Of a stretch of DNA of 64,000 nucleotides, positions 57,172-64,000 are shown piece by piece; the stretch's first letter is position 1; each line of letters starts with the position of its first letter. The notes under the pieces were generated by a model that saw only the letters and a program-made list of their open reading frames with translations, was not told the DNA's origin and made no database searches. The position numbers and the translations under genes were made by a program. This stretch comes from Bacillota bacterium (GTDB lineage Bacteria > Bacillota > Sulfobacillia > JAJZYS01 > JAILZS01): positions 894 through 64,893 of the forward strand of contig JAILZS010000007.1 in the NCBI GenBank assembly GCA_023512375.1, read 5' to 3'.

Positions 57172-58752
57172 ATGGCCGTGACCGTCGCCGACGCCCTCGC
57201 CCATCCCCTGTTCGCGCGCGCCCGCCTGGTGGCCGGCGCCGCCGGCGTGGAGCGAACCGTCAGCTGGGTGCACGTGGCCGAGATTCCCCACCCCCGCGCC
57301 TTCCTAAGGCGCGGGGCGATGGTCCTCACCACCGGCGTGGGCCTTTCCACGCCGTCGGCCCGCGACGCCTACGTGCGGGAGGCGGTCGAGGCGGGCGCCA
57401 GCGCCGTCGTCCTCGAGGCCGGGCCGTACAGCCCCGGAGTGCCGGAGGAGTTTTCCGCCGTGTGCGAGGCGGCGGGCGTGCCCCTCATCGTGTTCGACGA
57501 GGAGACGCGCTTCCTCGACATCACGCAGGCCCTGAACGGGGCGCTCCTGCACGGCCAGTACGCCGTTCTCGAGCGCCTCCTCCTCCTGCAGGAGCGCGTC
57601 GGCGCCGTCCTCTCCCAGGCCGAAGGCGTCGACCGCCTGCTCGAGGTGGCGGCGGCCACGCTGGGCGCGAGCGTCGCCTTCCTCCCCCGGCTCGAGGGCG
57701 AGGGGGTGGGACACGGGCCGCGGGCGTCGGAGCTTACGGCCCTGTCCGCGTCGAGCCGGGTACTCGCGCGTCCGACGCCCGTCGCCCTCCCCTTCCCCCA
57801 CCTGCGCCAGAGCGTGGTCGTCCTCGGCCAGGCCGAGGGCGAGGTGGTGCTCGCGCCCGAGGCGGCGGCAGAGGCGGACGACTTGGCCACCTTGGCGCTC
57901 GGCCTGCTCACCCGGTCGGTCGGCCAGGAGATCCTCCGCCGGCACGCCCTGGCCGAGGACCAACGCCGCCAGGAGGCGGCGGTGGTGAGCGGCATCCTGG
58001 GCGGGGACGACGACGCCCTGCGCTCCGCCCGGCGGCTCATGGCGCTTCGGCGGGGGGCGGAGCGCGGACCGCTCGTGGCCGTAGCCGTCGCCGCCGACCC
58101 CGACGAGATCGGCCGCGTCTACACCCAGGTGCGCGCCGGCCTGCAACCCCTCCTGGCCGCCGTGCACGGGGGGCAGGTGCTGTGCGTCGTCCTCGCCCCG
58201 CCTGGTCCCGCCGACCTCGACCGCCGCCTGCGCGCCTTCGCCGACGGGTCGGACTTGCGGCTGGGGGTGGCCGACCCGCGCGACGACGTCGACGACCTGG
58301 CGGCGGCGTTCGACGAGGCGCTCGCCGCGCTCGCGTGCGTGCGTCCGCCCGTGGGCGAGCGGGTGCGCCGCTACGCCGATCTGGGCGCCCACCGCCTCCT
58401 CGCCGCCCATGCACCCTCCGACCTGTGGCGGCGCCTCGTCCTGCCGGAGCTTGGTTCCCTCCTGAGGCGCGACCGGGAGGACGACGACACCCTGCTCGCC
58501 ACGTTGCGCGCCCTGGTCGCAAGCGACTGGGACCGTTCGCGCGCCGCCCGCCGCCTCGGCGTCAGCCGCCAGGCCCTGTACGCCCGCCTCCGCCGCCTTG
58601 AGCGCGTCCTTGGCGTGGGATGGGATCGTTACCCCCGATCCCTTGATCTTGCCCTGGCTCTTGCCGCCTACGACACGACAGGCGACCGCTCGGCGGCCGG
58701 AGCGACGGCTGCGGGCGGCGCGCACAGCGGGCGCCGTGCCCGATCGCGCTGA
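57172..58752 (+). CDS. PucR-family transcriptional regulator
   Basis: LVAGAAGVERTVSWVHVAE, LVLTTG-like MVLTTG, C-terminal LLATLRAL...AARRLGVSRQALYARLRRLE. Confidence 0.92.
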   Translation: MAVTVADALAHPLFARARLVAGAAGVERTVSWVHVAEIPHPRAFLRRGAMVLTTGVGLSTPSARDAYVREAVEAGASAVVLEAGPYSPGVPEEFSAVCEAAGVPLIVFDEETRFLDITQALNGALLHGQYAVLERLLLLQERVGAVLSQAEGVDRLLEVAAATLGASVAFLPRLEGEGVGHGPRASELTALSASSRVLARPTPVALPFPHLRQSVVVLGQAEGEVVLAPEAAAEADDLATLALGLLTRSVGQEILRRHALAEDQRRQEAAVVSGILGGDDDALRSARRLMALRRGAERGPLVAVAVAADPDEIGRVYTQVRAGLQPLLAAVHGGQVLCVVLAPPGPADLDRRLRAFADGSDLRLGVADPRDDVDDLAAAFDEALAALACVRPPVGERVRRYADLGAHRLLAAHAPSDLWRRLVLPELGSLLRRDREDDDTLLATLRALVASDWDRSRAARRLGVSRQALYARLRRLERVLGVGWDRYPRSLDLALALAAYDTTGDRSAAGATAAGGAHSGRRARSR

Positions 58753-58813
58753 CGCCAGGCACCATCCGCCTTGACTCCCGCCGCCGCGCCGGGCCATGAG
58801 GCCCTGGCCGGCG

Positions 58814-59278
58814 CTACGACCCATCGGACAGGCCGGCAGCGAAGTCCGCCAGGAGCCGCACCTGGTCCGGGAACACCGGAGATGCGCGACGCACGAAGTT
58901 CCTGTCGGCCGTCACCAAAACAGCCGGCTGATGCGCTAGGGCCAGCGCGAGATATAGGCAGTCGTACACGGCCGTCTCGAGGGCGGCGGCCAAGTGGGAG
59001 GCTTGGTCGACAAGGGCATGGCATGGCGCTAGGCGCGGCGCGGTCGCGTAGGCCATCGCCAACGCCACCGCCGCCTCATCGGCCGTGAGTTCGTGTTGGA
59101 GGTACCTCTTCTTCCAAATGACGTTTGCGATCTCTGCCAGGAGGATGTCCGGGGCAAGCGCGTCCCAAGTGCCGTCCGCAACCGCAGTCAGCACCTGCCG
59201 GGCGTGAGGGGATCCGTCCTCCGGAAGGATCCACTTACATGCGACCGAGGCGTCGACGACCATGGTTCTCTTCATCAC
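58814..59278 (-). CDS. vapC: PIN-domain toxin (VapC family)
   Basis: VVDASVACKW, APDILLAEIANV, VYDCLYLALA, LVTAD. Confidence 0.9.
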   Translation of the reverse strand: MMKRTMVVDASVACKWILPEDGSPHARQVLTAVADGTWDALAPDILLAEIANVIWKKRYLQHELTADEAAVALAMAYATAPRLAPCHALVDQASHLAAALETAVYDCLYLALALAHQPAVLVTADRNFVRRASPVFPDQVRLLADFAAGLSDGS

Positions 59279-59529
59279 CGCCGGTCGTCGCGCACAAGGT
59301 CCGTGCTGTCGCTAGTCGCAACGCCTCCTCGTCTCCGGAGTACGGCGTCATGGAAGGCTTCCAGCGTACGAAGCGCATCTCGCAGCCGCAGCCTCTGACG
59401 GTACTCCTCCGCATGGGCCGAGAGGGCGTCGCGGACGACCGACGCCAGACTCCGACCCGATGCCCTGGCCTCCGCCTTGAGGGCGTCGTACACGTCGTCC
59501 GGAAGATCACGCACCGTCAGAAAAGCCAT
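59275..59529 (-). CDS. FitA-like ribbon-helix-helix antitoxin
   Basis: MAFLTVRDLPDDVYDALKAEARASGRSL; overlaps the toxin start. Confidence 0.85.
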   Translation of the reverse strand: MAFLTVRDLPDDVYDALKAEARASGRSLASVVRDALSAHAEEYRQRLRLRDALRTLEAFHDAVLRRRGGVATSDSTDLVRDDRR

Positions 59530-59937
59530 TTTGCATTCGCCTCTGCATTCACTTTGCAGTCACAGGGATCGGGCGTCAAGCCTGCGAGCCGACGCCCCGG
59601 CCTGCCCCGACTCGACGTCCGGGCAGGCGATGCCAACCTCCCGAGCGCGGGACAGGCGCTTCCCCGCATCGGCCCCTCGTCATGGTAGATCATGCCAGTC
59701 TACATCGAACCCATGTTTGGGTCTACCGTGGAAGGTCTAAGCTGCGAAGCCGCCACCGGCTTTGTCGTAAGTCCGATTGGCCCCCAGGGGCGCGGTCGAC
59801 CCATGGACCCGCCGCGGCCGCGCGAACACCGTTCGGTCCTCCGCGCGGCCCCAACTTTCCCTTCCCGGCGCGCGTGGCAGGAGCGGCGGCGGGAACGGCC
59901 GTAGTCCCCGCCGCTTCCCGTCGGGAGGGATGGTCTC

Positions 59938-61749
59938 GTGCCGGCGCGCCCCCATGTCCTCCGTCCCGCCGCGATCCTGTCCGCGCTTTCCTCCCTCGCC
60001 CTCCTCCCCGTGGCCGTTCGCGCCGCACCCTCGCCGTCGGTTCCGGTCGTGGTGGGGCGTCTCGCCGCCCGCTTCCACCCCCTCCCCCGCCCCCCCGCCG
60101 CCCCGCCTCTGTGGGCGGTGGCCATGGCCTCGCCCCGCCTGGGTTGGGCGGTCGTGGGCAGCGGCCCGTCGCGCCGCGTCGCCCAGACCCTGGACGGCGG
60201 ACGGACGTGGCGCGTGCGCGTGCATGCCGCCCTGCCGGTCTTGGCCTTGGCGGCGCCCGACCCCCGCCACGTCGACCTCTTAGAGGGATGCCCGGGCGGC
60301 GCCTGTCGGGGCGCGGCCCTGTACGCCAGCGCCGACGGCGGCGCCACCTGGCGCCTTCGCTGGCGCTCTTCCTCCCTCGCCGCCTACGCCCTCTCCTTCC
60401 CGACGCCGTCCGCGGGCTACGCCGTGGTGGGCCCGCCCCCGGGTCGGCCCTGGGGCGCCTACCGCCTGCTGGCCAGCCAGGACGGCGGCCGGAGATGGGA
60501 CAGCCGTCCCCTACCCGCCTGCGTCGGCGGGGGCGGAGGCGGGTGGGCCATGGCCTTCGATCCCGCCGCCCGGGGCTTTCTCCTGTGCGGTGGCCCGCCC
60601 TCGGCGGGGGAGCAGGAGAAGGCCCTGTGGAGGACGGACGACGGCGGCCGCACCTGGCACCTCGTGGCGGAAAGCGTCCCCCCCGGCGGTCCGAGCCGTG
60701 TCGGCCCCCTGCCGGTGGCCGGCTACGTGCACTCCGTCTTCTTCCTCACGCCCCGCCTGGGCTGGATCGGCCTCGTCCGGGGCGGTCTCTACCGCACCGA
60801 CGACGGCGGCCGCACCTTCCGCCCCGCCGCTCCCCCCTTCCCCCCCGCCGTCGCCGACGGGGGCGCGTCCGTCGCCTTCCTGCCGTCGGGCTTCGGCTGG
60901 CTGGACGAAGCCGGTACCGGCGCCCTGTTCACCACCGACGACGGGCGGCACTGGTCGTGGGTGTACCCGCCGCCCCACCCCGCCCTCGTCTCCGCCCTGC
61001 CGGGCGGCGTCGCGGCCGGGGCCGCCACGCCCTACGACCCCTCCGCCGTCTTCCTCCGTTCCAGTGCAGCCGCGGGGTGGAGGTGGACCGGGGAGGCCCC
61101 TGGGGCCATCTCGGCCCTCGAGGCGTTGGCGCCGGACGAGCTGGCCGCAGCCGTGAACTTCGGCCTCGGCCTGGCCATGAGCGAAAGCGCCGGTGGGACG
61201 TGGACCGCCCTCCCCGTACCGGCCGGCTGGCGCATCGTCGCCCTCGGCCTGGACGGCCCCGCCTCGGGCTGGCTCCTCGCCCGTCCCGTCGCCCGCCCCA
61301 CCGCCCCCGCCGCCCTCTTCTCCCGCACCGGCGCCGCCGCAGGCCCCTTCTGGCAGCGCCTCACCCCACCGTTCGTCCCCCTGGCCGCCGTCGCCACCGG
61401 TCCGGCCAGCGGCGTCGCCCTCGGCCGGGTGGGGCGGAAGACGGCGGCATGGGCCACCGCCGACGGCGGGCGCACGTGGACGCCGCTCACGGCCCCGGGG
61501 GCGGCGCAAGCGACGGGTATGGGGGCAAGAGGCAGCCTGGTGTGGGTATACGGGCCGGGATTCGTGGACGTGAGCGCCTGGCGCGGCGCAGCGTGGACCG
61601 TGGTCCGCCTGCCGCCCTCCCTCCGGCCCGCCGTTGTCTCGTTCGGCGACCCCGACCACGCCCTGCTCGCCCAGGAGGACGGCGCCGTGTGGTCCACGGC
61701 CGACGGCGGCACGAACTGGTACGAGCTGGACGCCCCGCCGCCCGCCTAG
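59938..61749 (+). CDS. Secreted BNR/Asp-box beta-propeller protein (YCF48/sialidase-like fold)
   Basis: Signal peptide; about 8 S/T-x-D-G-G-x-T-W repeats. Confidence 0.8.
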   Translation: MPARPHVLRPAAILSALSSLALLPVAVRAAPSPSVPVVVGRLAARFHPLPRPPAAPPLWAVAMASPRLGWAVVGSGPSRRVAQTLDGGRTWRVRVHAALPVLALAAPDPRHVDLLEGCPGGACRGAALYASADGGATWRLRWRSSSLAAYALSFPTPSAGYAVVGPPPGRPWGAYRLLASQDGGRRWDSRPLPACVGGGGGGWAMAFDPAARGFLLCGGPPSAGEQEKALWRTDDGGRTWHLVAESVPPGGPSRVGPLPVAGYVHSVFFLTPRLGWIGLVRGGLYRTDDGGRTFRPAAPPFPPAVADGGASVAFLPSGFGWLDEAGTGALFTTDDGRHWSWVYPPPHPALVSALPGGVAAGAATPYDPSAVFLRSSAAAGWRWTGEAPGAISALEALAPDELAAAVNFGLGLAMSESAGGTWTALPVPAGWRIVALGLDGPASGWLLARPVARPTAPAALFSRTGAAAGPFWQRLTPPFVPLAAVATGPASGVALGRVGRKTAAWATADGGRTWTPLTAPGAAQATGMGARGSLVWVYGPGFVDVSAWRGAAWTVVRLPPSLRPAVVSFGDPDHALLAQEDGAVWSTADGGTNWYELDAPPPA

Positions 61750-61764
61750 CCTCCCGCGGCATCC

Positions 61765-62559
61765 CTACGGCGCGCGCACCGCGCCGCCGTCGAAGCGCAC
61801 GGCGCTGCCGCTCACGTAGTCACAGGCGGGCGAGGCGAGGAAGGCCACCAGGCGTCCAAACGCCTCCGGCGTGCCCAGGCGCCCCAAGGGCACGCCCTGG
61901 CGGGCGGCCGCCGCCGCCGCCAGGGCGTCGGGGTCGGCCAGGGCGTCCGGCGCCGCCCCGCGCACAAGCTGCTCCTCCACCCCGGCCGTCCGCGTCAGGC
62001 CCGGGAGGACGCTCACCACCCGCACCCCGCTCGGGCCGGCGCGCACCGCCAGCATCTTCCCCCACGCCAGGAGGGCGGGGCGGACCACGCTGGACAGCGC
62101 CAGGTCGGAGTCCGGCTCGACGGCGGTGCGCGACAGGACGTTGACGATCGCGCCACCCCCTGCGACGGCCATGCGCGCCGCCGCCCAGCGGTCGAGCTCC
62201 ACGATGGCCCGCGCCTTGGCCCAGGCGTCCGCCCACGCCTCCTCGCCCACCTCGTCCACCCAACCCCCGGCGGGGTTGCCGCAGTTGGCCACCAGCACGT
62301 CTGGCGGCCCCAGGCGGGCCTCCACCTCCGCCAGCATGGCGGCGCGCTGCCCGGGGTCGTCCACGTCCGCCGCAAGCGCCCACGCCTCCGGCGCCCCCGC
62401 CGCCAGGAGGCGCCGCCGCGCCTCGGCCAGGGGCCCCGGCCGGCGGGCGCAGACGGCCACCCGGCATCCCTCCCCCGCCAGGGCAAGCGCCGCCGCCAGC
62501 CCCAATCCCTCCGACGCCGCCGTCACCAGGGCCAAGCGGCCGCGCAGGGCGAGATCCAC
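61765..62559 (-). CDS. SDR oxidoreductase (atypical; S..R in place of YxxxK)
   Basis: VDLALRGRLALVTAASEGLG, LSSVVR, PLGRLGTPE, FDGG; RBS GGAGGAGG. Confidence 0.88.
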   Translation of the reverse strand: MDLALRGRLALVTAASEGLGLAAALALAGEGCRVAVCARRPGPLAEARRRLLAAGAPEAWALAADVDDPGQRAAMLAEVEARLGPPDVLVANCGNPAGGWVDEVGEEAWADAWAKARAIVELDRWAAARMAVAGGGAIVNVLSRTAVEPDSDLALSSVVRPALLAWGKMLAVRAGPSGVRVVSVLPGLTRTAGVEEQLVRGAAPDALADPDALAAAAAARQGVPLGRLGTPEAFGRLVAFLASPACDYVSGSAVRFDGGAVRAP

Positions 62560-62688
62560 CCCCCGACCTCCTCCTCCCGCGGGGCCGTACCGCCGCCCCG
62601 CCTCGTCGACGGGGAAAGGGTTCGCCGTCGGTGAGGCGAACCCCCCTTGCGCACGGCGGGCACCCCGCCCGCCCGAGGAGGGTCGCCC

Positions 62689-64000
62689 ATGCTTCGGCCC
62701 AGAGGGCCCATGCCCCGTCCCCGCCGGCGCGAAGGGGCCGGCCGCGCCGTCGCCGTCGCCGCCGCCCTGGCGGCGCTGGCCATGGCGGCGCCGGGCGCGC
62801 GCGCCCAAGCCCTGATCCCCGTCCCCACCCTCGGCTTGGCGGGGGCGGGCGCCGTCCCCGCCGGCCCCGCCCCCACCTCCGCCTCGCTACGGGTGGACCT
62901 CCTCCTGCGGCGCACGGGCCCCCTGCCGCCCCCGCCCCCCCTCGGCGTGCGCTACACCCCCGCCCAGGCCGCCGACCGCGTCGCGCCCAGCCCTTCCCAG
63001 TACGCCTCCCTCGCGAGCTACCTCGCCGCCGCCGGGCTTACCGTGACGCGGCGCTACGCCGACCGCCTCCTGCTCCAGGTGGTCGGTCCCACCGCCGCCC
63101 TGGAGCGCGCCTTCCACGTCACCCTCGCCACCTACGAGCGCGCCGGCCGGCACGTCCTCGCGCCCGCCGCCCCGGCCGCCCTCCCCGCCTCCCTGGCCGC
63201 CACCGTGGTGGGCATCGTCGGCCTGGCGAGCGACGGCTGGCCCACCCCCGCCCCCCTCGAGCGCCTGCCGAACCTCGCCGCCTTGCGCACCCCGCCCGCC
63301 CCCGACGCCGCCGGCCCGGTGCAGGACAGCGCCCAGGCCGACCTGGCCGCGGCTCGCTTCCTCTCCACCTTCACGGTGAGCGGCCCAAGCTCGGTGGCGG
63401 CCGGCCTGGAGGCGGTCTACCGCGTACGCCTCCTCGACGCCGCCGGCCACCCCCTCGCCGGCTACGCCGTGCGCCCCGTCCTGTCCCAGGCCGAGACCGC
63501 CTACGCCGGCCCCACCGGTCCCGGCAGCATGGTGACCGACTCCTCCGGCCAGGCCAGCTTCTGGCTCCTCACCGGCACCCCGTCCTCGTTCGCGCTCACC
63601 GTTGCCGCCGCCCCCAACCCGCCCTCGCCTCCCTCCTCCGCGCCCCCTTCGCCGCCCCCGGCGCCGCCCACCCCCGTGTACGCCACCGCCCAGCCCGTAG
63701 CGGTGAGCGTGCACGGCCCCGCAGCCAGCCTGAGCCCGTACACGGCATCGCAGGTGAACAGCGCCTACGACGTCACCCCCCTTCTGTCCGCAGGCGCCGA
63801 CGGCCACGGGGTGGGGGTCGGGATCGTGATCTGGAACCGTTTCTCCCTGTCCGACGTGGAGAGCTACTTCCGCATGAACGGGGGTCCACAGCCCCAGGTC
63901 ACCGTGGTGCCGATCGACGGCACGCCGCAACCCGGCGACGGCGGCACCGAGGCCACGTTGGACGTGGAGCGCGTGGGCGGCACGGCCCCGGGATCGCACA
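62689..64000 (+). CDS. S53 (sedolisin/kumamolisin) protease precursor, 3' end truncated by the window edge
   Basis: Absent from the ORF track because it has no stop; RBS GAGGAGG; signal peptide; pro-domain (YLAAAGLTV...LERAFHVTL...VVGIVGL); YTASQVNSAYD..GHGVGVGIV; EATLDVE catalytic Glu/Asp at 63949. Confidence 0.85.
   Translation, partial: MLRPRGPMPRPRRREGAGRAVAVAAALAALAMAAPGARAQALIPVPTLGLAGAGAVPAGPAPTSASLRVDLLLRRTGPLPPPPPLGVRYTPAQAADRVAPSPSQYASLASYLAAAGLTVTRRYADRLLLQVVGPTAALERAFHVTLATYERAGRHVLAPAAPAALPASLAATVVGIVGLASDGWPTPAPLERLPNLAALRTPPAPDAAGPVQDSAQADLAAARFLSTFTVSGPSSVAAGLEAVYRVRLLDAAGHPLAGYAVRPVLSQAETAYAGPTGPGSMVTDSSGQASFWLLTGTPSSFALTVAAAPNPPSPPSSAPPSPPPAPPTPVYATAQPVAVSVHGPAASLSPYTASQVNSAYDVTPLLSAGADGHGVGVGIVIWNRFSLSDVESYFRMNGGPQPQVTVVPIDGTPQPGDGGTEATLDVERVGGTAPGSH

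Overview
A 64 kb chromosomal window from a very high-GC, spore-forming Firmicute. The assignment rests on an SLH S-layer protein, a GerA-type receptor operon, a Spo0E-like phosphatase, a SpoVD/FtsI-like PBP, a GH18 cortex-type hydrolase and sigma-H-like promoters. An S53 acid protease and a multi-cupredoxin protein hint at an acidophile (inference). About 50 CDSs, mostly on the minus strand. The blocks are: (1) S-layer gene and housekeeping/sporulation genes (1-15.9 kb); (2) a lower-GC block with a membrane 4Fe-4S protein, a ferredoxin-GltD-like oxidoreductase, a GAF kinase/NarL pair, a TrkA-domain channel and a Ger operon (16-27.3 kb); (3) a LacI-controlled ABC/nucleoside-hydrolase/PTE/M28 catabolic operon (27.3-35.3 kb); (4) an IS256/IS66-scarred islet with a VapC/Phd TA pair, a SARP-STAND regulator and a cupredoxin/SOD-fold/cupredoxin protein (35.5-42.5 kb); (5) a 12-gene PucR-linked amine/guanidino catabolic operon (44.4-58.8 kb); (6) a second TA pair, an Asp-box propeller, an SDR and a truncated S53 protease. 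The best candidate for an undescribed system sits inside block 5: a pol-beta-type nucleotidyltransferase and a metallophosphoesterase beside two paralogous APC permeases. No rRNA, tRNA or CRISPR array was seen. All calls come from motif reading by eye; no searches were run.
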